From NCBI GenBank assembly GCA_965248695.1, contig CBDFKD010000002.1, forward strand, positions 1,856,001-1,920,000: a DNA stretch of 64,000 nucleotides, written 5' to 3'. Under the pieces are notes generated by a model. That model worked only from the letters and a program-made list of their open reading frames with translations. It made no database searches and was not told the origin of the DNA. Each line of letters starts with the position of its first letter. Position 1 is the stretch's first letter. Below, piece after piece: positions 12,716 to 21,615 of this stretch. The DNA comes from Acidobacteriota bacterium. GTDB lineage: Bacteria > Acidobacteriota > UBA890 > WLXD01. The position numbers and the translations under genes are program-made.

Positions 12716-13252
12716 TCAATCGAGCCGGCGAGCTGCTTGTCCGGTAACCGCGAGCCGAGCGCGATGTTGGACGCTCGCGCGGCGAAACCATGCCGCAACG
12801 TCGACGTCAATTAGCTCACCCGGAGGTTCGCCGTGGGCCCGTGGCTCGCCCTCTGGCCCAACCACTCGTGACAGAGTGGCGGATGCACCCAAACCGAGCA
12901 CCGCCGCCCCCGGTAAGGAAGCCGATCCCACCGCGGGCGGCCAGCCGCCCCACGCAGGCGTCGGGAAGGCGGCAACCGGCACCGCCGCACCCGAGGCCTC
13001 GAGCACTCCATTGCGAACCCGCACCGGACGCGAGACGGTCGGCCGGGGCAACTGGCCGTTGCTGAGCGCGACGACCACCTGATGCACCACCGCGTCGGCC
13101 AGGGCGCGCGCTTGCACCAGGTCCGCACGATAAGACCGGGCCTCGTAGGAGGCCAGGGCTGCTGCCAGCATGAGCGCCGCGAGCATCGCCAGCGCCGCCG
13201 TGACCCCGGTGACGACGAGCAGCGCCGCGCCGCTGTCGGAAGGGTCTCTCAC
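12716..13252 (-). CDS. PilX-like minor pilin
   Basis: SGAALLVV hydrophobic N-terminus without Glu5, then QARALADA; GTG overlaps upstream stop; last in minor pilin run. Confidence 0.6.
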   Translation of the reverse strand: MRDPSDSGAALLVVTGVTAALAMLAALMLAAALASYEARSYRADLVQARALADAVVHQVVVALSNGQLPRPTVSRPVRVRNGVLEASGAAVPVAAFPTPAWGGWPPAVGSASLPGAAVLGLGASATLSRVVGPEGEPRAHGEPPGELIDVDVAAWFRRASVQHRARLAVTGQAARRLD

Positions 13253-14056
13253 CTTCGCCCGGTCGTTGCCCACTGCACCGCCCGCACAAGCGTTCCGCCG
13301 CTATCGGCGGCACACTCGACCCGCGCTACAGCGATCTCGACCGGCAACCGTAGCTCCGTAGCCGACCACAGCGGCCGGCCACCCTCGGCCGCCGCGGCCA
13401 GCCCGAACGACAGATCGACACTCGCCAGGGAATCCGCCACTGGCTGCCAGCTGCCCCCGTCGTCGCGTCGCCGCAGCAACGTTCCTGTCGCTCCGCGCCG
13501 CAGGTCATAGGCACGAGACGACAGGGGCAGTAGCGCCCGCACCGGTCCGTGCTGCTCGAGAATGGCGAGCTGGCTGGCATTCCATCCCACCTCGACCAGC
13601 CGGCCAGCGGCGACCCGCGCCGAACTGACCACCGTTGCCAGCGGTGTCGACGGTGCCGTATCCGCGAGACCGACGGCGGCCACTCGCAGGCCTACAGCCA
13701 GCGCACCGGTGTCCGCGATTCGATAGGGTACGTGGCGTCAGCTGGTCCACCTCCACCGGAGCGGCCGCTCCCAGCATCATCGAGACGCCAGCGGCCGCCG
13801 GCTCGATCACACCGACGAGGCCGGTCGCGCCGAGCAACGGTACACGCGACTCCAACCCGCGCGCTGCGCGGCGCAGATCGCGCGCCAACTCGTGTGCACA
13901 GCGGTCAGCGCGCATCGCGGCATCGAGATGCGCCATCCGGTCGCGGACGATCCCGGCGCTGTTGACCAACAGACCGAGCACGCCCGCAGCCAACAGACCG
14001 GTGCAGGACGAGGCCACCAGCAGCTCAACGAGCGCATGCCCCCCGTGGCGCCTCAC
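13249..14056 (-). pseudogene. PilW-like minor pilin, frameshifted as sequenced
   Basis: GHALVELLVA prepilin-like start; one extra C at 13726-13728 separates it from the frame ending in GSWQPVADSLASVDLSFG; could be a sequence error. Confidence 0.6.
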
Positions 14057-14463
14057 CGAGCCACCAGCAGCCTCGCGCTGGCGATCGACTCGCCCTCCTC
14101 CGAGCGCGCCGCGACCCCGCACCACGCACGCACCCAGAGCCAATCCGGGGCGGTTCCGGGGAGCCGGTCGATCTGTCGCTCGCACTTGGTCACCATGGGC
14201 GGGTCGTCGACAGTACCTGGGAGACCATCGGGGCCAGGTGTCGATACGACCCGCCTACCGGTTGGATAGGCGACGCCGGGTGCGGGCGTCTGTGCCACCG
14301 CGCTGACTGCCTCGAGCGCAGCACGATGGTCGTCGGCCGCGCCGATCACGTCGATGCCGGCGGCCAGCACGCGGACAATGCCGAGCATGGCGATCGCCAG
14401 TACCAGAAGCGCGACCAGCACCTCGACGAGACTGAACCCACGTGCATGAACCGTCCGACTCAT
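14053..14463 (-). CDS. PilV-like minor pilin
   Basis: RGFSLVEVLVALLVLAIAMLG class III signal peptide. Confidence 0.75.
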   Translation of the reverse strand: MSRTVHARGFSLVEVLVALLVLAIAMLGIVRVLAAGIDVIGAADDHRAALEAVSAVAQTPAPGVAYPTGRRVVSTPGPDGLPGTVDDPPMVTKCERQIDRLPGTAPDWLWVRAWCGVAARSEEGESIASARLLVAR

Positions 14464-14729
14464 GCACACGTGAGACGGGCGCGTCGCTGCAGCTTTCCTG
14501 CACCGCTGGCCACGGCACTGGGGGAAAGGCTAGGCGAGTAGAAGGTTCCGACCGACGACGCGAGGGCAGTAGATCCTCGGAGCTGCCCCTGCCCGCGCTC
14601 TCGAGCAGGATGCGGGTACCGACAGGCGCGCCCGAGGTGGGCGAAAAGCAAACCCGGGTGGAAGTGATTCGTGGGCCCGACGGCGGCAGGAGGGTGCGCC
14701 GCCGCCGGGCTCCACGACCCGCTAATGCA

Positions 14730-15251
14730 CTAGTACGCGTAGCTGTGGTGAGTTACCTGCACCCTGCCGGTGGCCCGATTGACGGTTACCGTAAACACAT
14801 CGCCGAGCGAGTTGGACAGGTAGACCTCGTCGTCGTTCGCAGTGCTGTCGTTGAGGCTACCGTCGGAGTGGAAGACGAGCTCGTCGTCGGGCATGTCTAC
14901 CGGATCGTCTTCGCCCGAGTAGACCACTCCCATCGGGAGATTGCGGGCCTGCGGATCAAGCAGCGTTCCGCAGCTCGGCGAGCCCTGGTAGAGGGCGTAT
15001 GTGCCCGCACCGACGTCGAAGTCGATCGAGAAGTCGGTGTTCTGGCTCACCGCCCGCATGCGCTGTAGCTGGATCGCGGCAGCGATCTCCTGTGCGGCCG
15101 TGCGCACCCGATAGCGCTCCAGCCATTCCTGCATCGTTGGCAAGCCGATCATCGCCATGAGCCCGATCACCGCCATCGTGACGGTGAGCTCGATCAGCGA
15201 GAAGCCGCGTTCGACCCGGCGCCTCCCGTTCACTGCACGTAGTTTCCCCAT
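14730..15251 (-). CDS. FimT/GspH-like minor pilin
   Basis: RGFSLIELTVTMAVIG, RMRAVSQN, C-terminal ATGRVQV; strong RBS. Confidence 0.85.
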   Translation of the reverse strand: MGKLRAVNGRRRVERGFSLIELTVTMAVIGLMAMIGLPTMQEWLERYRVRTAAQEIAAAIQLQRMRAVSQNTDFSIDFDVGAGTYALYQGSPSCGTLLDPQARNLPMGVVYSGEDDPVDMPDDELVFHSDGSLNDSTANDDEVYLSNSLGDVFTVTVNRATGRVQVTHHSYAY

Positions 15252-15537
15252 CGTCGCTACCCCCCTCCAGGAGAAATCGAGGCCGGACCCGGTTCCGGGT
15301 CACTCGCACCTCGTCTTCTTGTTAGGGCGCAGTCTAGGGACGCGCAGCCCTGACCTGGCAGCCCGTTCGCGGCCTCGCGGGGATGTCCCCGGTCAGCGGC
15401 GTCACAGGCGCGGAAGCGACAGGTCGAGCGCGGCTAGTGCCGTCCGTGCCGGGTCGCCCATCGTCATCGTTGGCCAGCCGCGGCCAGCGTTCGGGTCGAG
15501 CGAGTCGGTCTGGCGACGAACGGTAGCCGGGTTCCTC

Positions 15538-16326
15538 TTAGGGGGTAACGCCGAACGTTCGCCAATACCAGGCGAAAATCTCGGCGGCACGGTAGCTGAC
15601 CAACACGGCAGCGGCGGCCAGGAAGGTCCCGAACGGGAGCGCGTATTCCCAGCCCTTGCGCGAGAGGGTGATGAACAACGCACCCACGACGCTGCCCAAG
15701 AGGGAGCCGATGAAGATCGTCATGAGCGCTCCCTGCCAGCCCAGAAACGCTCCGACCAGGAGCATCATCTTGACATCACCCATGCCCATACCCTCACGGC
15801 CGCGCGCCTTGAGATAGACGAAAGCAACGAGATACAGCAGGCCGGCGCCGGCCACTGCACCGATCAGCGAGTCCTGCCACGCCACCCGCGCATCCACGAA
15901 GGACAGCAGGACCCCGACCACGGCGCCGGGAATAGTGATCACGTTGGGCAGAATTCGATGATCGACGTCGATGAGCGCCAAGGCGAGCATCAGGTAGGCG
16001 AACAAAGCCGTCGAGGCTGCGCTGGCGCTGAGGCCCCAGAACCAGAACGAAGAGGCCAGGATGACTCCACCCAGCAGCTCGACCATCGGGTAGCGCCACG
16101 GGATGGCCTCGCCACAGGTGGAACACTTGCCGCGCAGGAGTAGATAGGACAGCAACGGCAGGTTCTGGTACCAGTGGATAGGCGCGCCGCAGGCGGGGCA
16201 AAACGATCGACGCAGCAGGTCGACGCCGATCGGTACGCGGTAGACGAACGCGTTGAGGAACGATCCGAAGGCCAAGCCGAGGACAAACGCGATCCCGGTA
16301 TCGAAGAATTCTGGTCGCATCTCCAA
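15538..16326 (-). CDS. pilD: prepilin peptidase / N-methyltransferase
   Basis: GSFLN, CPAC and CSTC zinc motifs, IDVDHRILP, MGMGDVKM, LPFGTFL. Confidence 0.95.
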   Translation of the reverse strand: MEMRPEFFDTGIAFVLGLAFGSFLNAFVYRVPIGVDLLRRSFCPACGAPIHWYQNLPLLSYLLLRGKCSTCGEAIPWRYPMVELLGGVILASSFWFWGLSASAASTALFAYLMLALALIDVDHRILPNVITIPGAVVGVLLSFVDARVAWQDSLIGAVAGAGLLYLVAFVYLKARGREGMGMGDVKMMLLVGAFLGWQGALMTIFIGSLLGSVVGALFITLSRKGWEYALPFGTFLAAAAVLVSYRAAEIFAWYWRTFGVTP

Positions 16327-16353
16327 CCCTCTTGCTGATCTCGCGTAGCGGTG

Positions 16354-17226
16354 CTAGCGACGGGCCCGCGACGAACCCTCTCGCGGATCGCTGACGGTTC
16401 CCGTGACCGGGTCATAGGTGTACGGCTCGCCTGTCGGCGACGATGGCACCGACGCCAGGTATCCCTGGCTGCGTAGCGCATCGAGCACCCGAGGTGGTCG
16501 CCCGCGCTCACCTCGGAACCGTGTCACCGCGCCCTGCAACTGCTCGAAGTCGAGCTCGATCTTGAGGTCGTATACGTGCTGCCAAGAGGTCGCCGCGATC
16601 TCGTCGTCACCCGTGGCGACGGCCTCGCCGTACAGATCCATCCAGAGCGCCAGGGCAGCCTGACGATCGCCCGAGAGCTCTGCCATGCCGGCACGGATGC
16701 GACCCAGGATTGCGGGGGTGCCGGGGATCTCCAGGGCACGATCGAAGTAGCCAGCAGCGCGCTCGTAGTCGTCCAGCGAGATCCAAGCGTAGTGACCGGC
16801 TTCCACCAGGTAGATCCACTCGCCCGGATTCCTGTCGGCCCCCTTGTCAAGCAATCGAAGCGCCAGCTCGGCGTCGCCCATGTCGACCGCCATGACCAGC
16901 GCGCCGGTCAAGTAGGCGTCCTGGTAGCGCGGGTCGAGGTCGGTGATTACATCGTAGATGCGCCACAGGTGACGCCGCCCTTCCATGCTCCGATGATGCC
17001 CGTAGTATTGGATGCTCCACAGGTAGAGCGCATCGGCGAGCGCCGTCTGGAATCCCAGACTGGCGGCATCGAGATACTGCCCGGTGGGCAGGAAGAGCAG
17101 CGCTTCGGGCTCAGACCAGCGCGCGCGTCGGTAATCGATCGACACTTGCGGCATGACCCAGCCACCAAGACAGGTGAGCAGCAGGGCCCAAAGGCCAGCC
17201 GTAGCGAGGGAGCTCCGCCGGTTCAT
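16354..17226 (-). CDS. membrane-anchored TPR-like protein (pilus-associated)
   Basis: N-terminal hydrophobic helix, ADALYLWSIQYYG, TDLDP, helical repeats; ATG overlaps permease stop. Confidence 0.75.
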   Translation of the reverse strand: MNRRSSLATAGLWALLLTCLGGWVMPQVSIDYRRARWSEPEALLFLPTGQYLDAASLGFQTALADALYLWSIQYYGHHRSMEGRRHLWRIYDVITDLDPRYQDAYLTGALVMAVDMGDAELALRLLDKGADRNPGEWIYLVEAGHYAWISLDDYERAAGYFDRALEIPGTPAILGRIRAGMAELSGDRQAALALWMDLYGEAVATGDDEIAATSWQHVYDLKIELDFEQLQGAVTRFRGERGRPPRVLDALRSQGYLASVPSSPTGEPYTYDPVTGTVSDPREGSSRARR

Positions 17227-17993
17227 GTCAGGTCTCGACGGCGGAACAACAATGCTGCGAGAACAAGCATGCCGATGGTGTAAGCGCCGGCGTAGCCGAT
17301 CGCGTCGAGCAAGTAGCCGGTCCCGATGGGCAACTCGTGCACCACGCGGCTGCGGACATTGAACGTCTCCAGATCCGGAAGCGTGTAGTAGAGCGCGCTT
17401 ACCAAGATCCGAGCCGCGGTGCCGGGAACGAAGTCGAGGAGCGTGTTGAAGGCCCACGAGAGGTGGCCGACGACGTACACGGCAACGGTGAACAACGCGG
17501 CCAGCATCGGTGTCGTGAAGCTCGAAAAAACCAGCGCAACGGCGGTGACGATCGATAGCTCTACGTAGCTGAGCACTACCGCCGGAAGCAGATGCGAGGG
17601 GAAGCTGCCGCTCTTCCACCACACCAGCCCCAGGTAGAACACCGCCATCAGCCCTACGACGACGGCAAGCGTCAGCATCAACCCGAAGTACTTGCCGACG
17701 AGAAACTGCCATCGTGGTAGCGGCTTCGCGAGGACGGCGTAGATGGTGCGTTTCTCCACTTCTTTGTGCACCAGCATGATGCCGATGAAGATGGCGATCA
17801 CCGTACCGAACAGCGCCAGCGCGGCGAGGCCGAGATCCGTGACGATCTTCAGCTCGCTACCCACGGTGAGCAGGGAAAGGACGGTCGACGAGGCCATCAG
17901 AAGCAATGCGAAGGCCATGAACATGACCAGGATGCGATCGCGGATCGCCTCGCGGTACGTATTCACGGCGATCGCCGCAACGCGATCGATCAT
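17223..17993 (-). CDS. ABC transporter permease (PilI-like)
   Basis: AVNTYREAIRDR, EVEKRTIY..LAKP..R..F..GKY, six hydrophobic segments, FRRRDL end. Confidence 0.88.
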   Translation of the reverse strand: MIDRVAAIAVNTYREAIRDRILVMFMAFALLLMASSTVLSLLTVGSELKIVTDLGLAALALFGTVIAIFIGIMLVHKEVEKRTIYAVLAKPLPRWQFLVGKYFGLMLTLAVVVGLMAVFYLGLVWWKSGSFPSHLLPAVVLSYVELSIVTAVALVFSSFTTPMLAALFTVAVYVVGHLSWAFNTLLDFVPGTAARILVSALYYTLPDLETFNVRSRVVHELPIGTGYLLDAIGYAGAYTIGMLVLAALLFRRRDLT

Positions 17994-19042
17994 CGCCCGC
18001 CTCCGGCCACTGCCCGCGGTGGCTCGACGGTCATGTCCGCCTGGCCGATGTCGCGAATGGCCGGCCGACTAGCTGCGGTCGGCCCGGACCGGCGCTCGGG
18101 CTCCGCCGCAGATCCATCCGAGGATGCCGACTGTCGACCGCGTACCGTAGCGACGAAATACTCTTCGAGCGTTGCACGGTGCGGTGCTACTTGGACGATT
18201 CGACCGCCGGCCGCGCGGACGGCATCAACCCAGTCGTCGAGCCGTTGTGCGTCATCGAAGCGATAGCTCATGCGCCCGCCTTGCCGGGTACGGTGATCGA
18301 ACCCGGTCAGCGCATCGCCGGGTATCCCCTCACAAGCGGTGTCCCAGTGGCGTACCCGATCCTCGAGCAAGTCCTGCACGGGGCTCTCGCTCAGGATCCG
18401 GCCGTCGAACAACAGCCCGATTCGGTCGCACAAGGCCTCGGCGTCGGCGAGTATGTGACTCGAAAAAAAGACCGTGGTCCCCTGTTCCTTGAGCCCGAGA
18501 ATGATGTCCCGGATGTCGCGTCGCCCGATGGGATCGAGCCCGGACATCGGCTCATCCAGGATGACCAGCTCCGGATCGTTGATCAACGCCTGCGCCAACC
18601 CGATGCGCTGCAACATTCCCTTGGAGTACTGCCGGATCGGGGTGTCGGCCTTGGCGCCCATGCCGACTCGCTCGAGCAGAGCCGCAGTGCGCTGCAGCCG
18701 TACCGCTCGCGGTACTCCGAACAGCCTCCCGAAGTAGTCGACCAGCTCACGGCCCGTGAGGTGCGCGTAGAAGTAGGGTTGTTCCGGCAAGTAGCCGAGC
18801 TTCTGGCGCGCCGCGGGTACCGAGCCATCGCGACCGAAGATCTGGATGGTGCCACGGTCAGGCGTCAGCAAGCCGAGCAAGCACTTCATCGAAGTCGTCT
18901 TGCCGGCACCGTTCGGTCCCAGGAAGCCGTAGATCTCGCCGCGCTCCACCTGCAGCGAGACATCACGGAGCACCGGCTTGTGGCGCAGCCAGAAGCCATG
19001 CGGAAGCGACTTGGCTACGGCGTCGAACCGTACGATCGGCAT
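17990..19042 (-). CDS. ABC transporter ATP-binding protein (PilH-like)
   Basis: GPNGAGKTT, YSKGMLQR, ILDEPMSGLDP, FSSH. Confidence 0.92.
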   Translation of the reverse strand: MPIVRFDAVAKSLPHGFWLRHKPVLRDVSLQVERGEIYGFLGPNGAGKTTSMKCLLGLLTPDRGTIQIFGRDGSVPAARQKLGYLPEQPYFYAHLTGRELVDYFGRLFGVPRAVRLQRTAALLERVGMGAKADTPIRQYSKGMLQRIGLAQALINDPELVILDEPMSGLDPIGRRDIRDIILGLKEQGTTVFFSSHILADAEALCDRIGLLFDGRILSESPVQDLLEDRVRHWDTACEGIPGDALTGFDHRTRQGGRMSYRFDDAQRLDDWVDAVRAAGGRIVQVAPHRATLEEYFVATVRGRQSASSDGSAAEPERRSGPTAASRPAIRDIGQADMTVEPPRAVAGGGR

Positions 19043-19191
19043 GGATCACCCCATCACGTCAGCAAGTGGCTGGCAGCCGTTGCAGGTGAGTACACGGCAG
19101 GCAGTCATCTGTGCTGCTGCGGACACACCTTTGGTGCCCCCTCATGCTCCGCAGCCACCTTCGCCCACCCAAAGGTTATCAAACCAACAAC

Positions 19192-19231
19192 AAAAAAACC
19201 GAGCCCCCGTCGGTGTTCCGACGAGGGCTCG
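19192..19231 (-). terminator. intrinsic terminator after pilin
   Basis: 14-bp GC-rich stem with one mismatch followed by a T7 run on the minus strand. Confidence 0.85.
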
Positions 19232-19259
19232 ATTGGCCTAGCGCCTACTTGTTTGGCGA

Positions 19260-19688
19260 TTACTGACCGGTCGGGGCCTGAGTGAACTGGCCGTTGGTCA
19301 GCTCCAGGTCGACGTCGTAGGGATCGTTGATCCACGGGCTCGGCGCTGCCGGGCCGTCTGCGGCGTCAGAAGCATAGGACTCGAGGCTGTACGAACCGCT
19401 CGCAGTGCTGTACTGGAACGCGTTCGCCCAGGCATCGTTCGTCGGGACAACCTGCATGTAGGTGGGCTGCAGGTCGGAAAGCGCCGACGCGTACGCACCC
19501 TGGTCCACACGGTAGGTACCGTTGGCGGTGGCGATGTTGCGCATGTCAGCCATCGTGCGGCGCTGGCGGCCACGATCGATAGCGTCGAGCAGCTGCGGAA
19601 CCGCGATCGTAGCGATGATGCCGATGATCGCGACGACGATCAGCAACTCGATCAGCGAGAAGCCAGCCTCGTTGCGCTTGAAGTTCAT
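19260..19688 (-). CDS. probable major pilin with GspG-like head
   Basis: AGFSLIELLIVVAIIGIIATIAVP; AGGAGG RBS; own sigma54 promoter and terminator; pilA position after pilSR. Confidence 0.88.
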   Translation of the reverse strand: MNFKRNEAGFSLIELLIVVAIIGIIATIAVPQLLDAIDRGRQRRTMADMRNIATANGTYRVDQGAYASALSDLQPTYMQVVPTNDAWANAFQYSTASGSYSLESYASDAADGPAAPSPWINDPYDVDLELTNGQFTQAPTGQ

Positions 19689-19733
19689 GATGTTCCTCCT
19701 GGGGCTGCAACCCCGTTGCGGGCCCCAAGGTCC

Positions 19734-19750
19734 AGCATCTGCCATGCCAG
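19734..19750 (-). promoter_or_regulatory. sigma54 (-24/-12) promoter of pilin
   Basis: CTGGCATGGCAGATGCT with correct GG-N10-GC spacing; adjacent enhancer-binding protein gene. Confidence 0.75.
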
Positions 19751-20010
19751 CCTCTTGTGAACCCTTCCAATCATCTGTGCACGATGATTGAGCAACAGGC
19801 GTGCGAAAAGTCTTTATAAGTATGAATTCATCGTTAAAACTCATGAAAACACGTTATGTGATAGATACAACCAGCTCATAAGTTGTTGCCTCCAAGGGAT
19901 TTATGATATTTTCTGTCTTTTGATAACTAATACTGTCTCTTATGATCTTACAGAGTCTCTAGCATTGGTTTCCTATTCTATGAAGACAATTGATAACAGA
20001 TAACGTCCAT

Positions 20011-20051
20011 GTGTCAGGAATTGGCGCCCCTTCAGTGACAATTCGTGTCAC
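20011..20051. promoter_or_regulatory. candidate tandem enhancer sites
   Basis: Perfect GTGACA-N5-TGTCAC at 20035-20051 and degenerate GTGTCA-N5-TGGCGC at 20011-20027. Confidence 0.5.
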
Positions 20052-21511
20052 TCCGCGGTGGGCTCGTCGAACACGAATTTCTTGGCGTAGTACCGAAACG
20101 ATCGAAATGACATCCCGAGGAGCTTTGCGGCGCGAGTTTGCACCCCGTCGCTTTGGCTGAGCGCCGCGCGCATGTAGTCGCGCTTGATCTGGTCGAGACG
20201 CGCCTCCAGGTCGATCCCCTCTTCGGGGATAGCTGCGCGGCCGCCGGAGCCCGTTGCGATGGACTCGTCGCCAACCGCCATGTCCTCCGGTGGCGCCTGG
20301 CCGGTGACCGTTGGCGGCAGGCTCGTTGTCTGCACGGTGTCCGTGGGCTCCATGGTGATAGCGTGACGCACCGCATTCACCAACTCGCGCACGTTGCCCG
20401 GCCAGCTGTACGCGCGCAGTGCGTGCCTGACTTCAGGAGCGAACGCGTTGACCGGACCCCCGATCTCCGCAGCCAGCCGCTCGATATAGTGATCGGCGAG
20501 CAGCAGAACCTCATCAGGGCGTCGACGCAGCGGTGGCAGATCGATTTGGATCACGTTGAGCCGGTAGTAGAGGTCTTCGCGGAACCTGCCGTCCATGAAC
20601 GCCGCACCCAGGTTCTGATTGGTGGCCGCGAGCACTCGGACGTCGACCGGCGTGTCGCGTGTCGATCCGACCCGACGTACCTTCCGATCCTCCAGAACAC
20701 GTAGCAGCTTGGGTTGCATCTCGAGCGGCATATCGCCGATCTCATCGAGCAGGATCGTGCCGCCGTTCGCCGCCTCGAACAGACCTTCCTTGTGCCGGTC
20801 GGCCCCGGTGAACGCCCCCTTTACGTGGCCGAACAGCTCGCTTTCAAGAAGGTGCGCCGGCAGGGCGGCGCAATTGACGGCAACGAACGGCGCCTCGCGA
20901 CGTTGGCCGTTGTAGTGGATGGCGCGAGCCACCAACTCCTTGCCCGTACTGCTCTCGCCGCTGATCAGGACCGTAGACGTCGAATCCTTCACACGGCGGA
21001 TGAGCTCGAAGACCCGGTGCATCTCCGGCGAGTCGCCGATGAGATTCTCGAAACCGTGTCGCTCGCTGAGCTCGTCACGCAGCAGGACGTTCTCGCGCAA
21101 TAGCGCTTGTTGCTCGAGCGCATGACGCACGGTGACTTTGAGCTCCTCGACATCGAAAGGCTTGGTCACGTAGTCGTAGGCACCCAACCGAACAGCCTCG
21201 ATAGCTGAGTCGGTGCTCGCATGGGCGGTGATCAGGATCACCTCGGTAACCGGCGATTGCTCGCGTACGTAGCGCAACAACTCCATGCCATTCATGCCCG
21301 GCATACGGATATCCGACACGACCACGTCGACCGGCTTCTTTCCAAGAAGGGCGAGAGCCGCCTCGCCGTCAGGCGCCGAGTGCACTTGCCACCCTTCATC
21401 ACCTAGGGCGATCGAGAGCATTTCGCGCATACTCGATTCGTCGTCAACAATCAGCACCCGATCCAAGCGGCGGTCCTCCGAATAGATGGCCGGGGCTACT
21501 GAGGGCGTCAC
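20048..21511 (-). CDS. pilR: sigma54-dependent response regulator (PilR/NtrC family)
   Basis: Receiver domain, [43 protein letters not shown]-terminal HTH; start uncertain. Confidence 0.9.
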   Translation of the reverse strand: MTPSVAPAIYSEDRRLDRVLIVDDESSMREMLSIALGDEGWQVHSAPDGEAALALLGKKPVDVVVSDIRMPGMNGMELLRYVREQSPVTEVILITAHASTDSAIEAVRLGAYDYVTKPFDVEELKVTVRHALEQQALLRENVLLRDELSERHGFENLIGDSPEMHRVFELIRRVKDSTSTVLISGESSTGKELVARAIHYNGQRREAPFVAVNCAALPAHLLESELFGHVKGAFTGADRHKEGLFEAANGGTILLDEIGDMPLEMQPKLLRVLEDRKVRRVGSTRDTPVDVRVLAATNQNLGAAFMDGRFREDLYYRLNVIQIDLPPLRRRPDEVLLLADHYIERLAAEIGGPVNAFAPEVRHALRAYSWPGNVRELVNAVRHAITMEPTDTVQTTSLPPTVTGQAPPEDMAVGDESIATGSGGRAAIPEEGIDLEARLDQIKRDYMRAALSQSDGVQTRAAKLLGMSFRSFRYYAKKFVFDEPTAE

Positions 21512-21615
21512 CCTGTGGCCGGTGCGCCTGCAGGCCCCATCAACATATACGTAGACGGTCGCCTCACCGGCCAGTGCGGCGACCAGTACCGATACTGTTC
21601 GACGTCAGGCGCCGA

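Noticed and set aside
15428-15443. sigma54 promoter upstream of fimT-like gene
   Set aside because: GG-N10-GC spacing holds but the -12 element is poor; likely chance in GC-rich DNA.
19260-19688. Geobacter-type truncated conductive pilin
   Set aside because: Mature protein is 133 aa with a globular head, not the short type.
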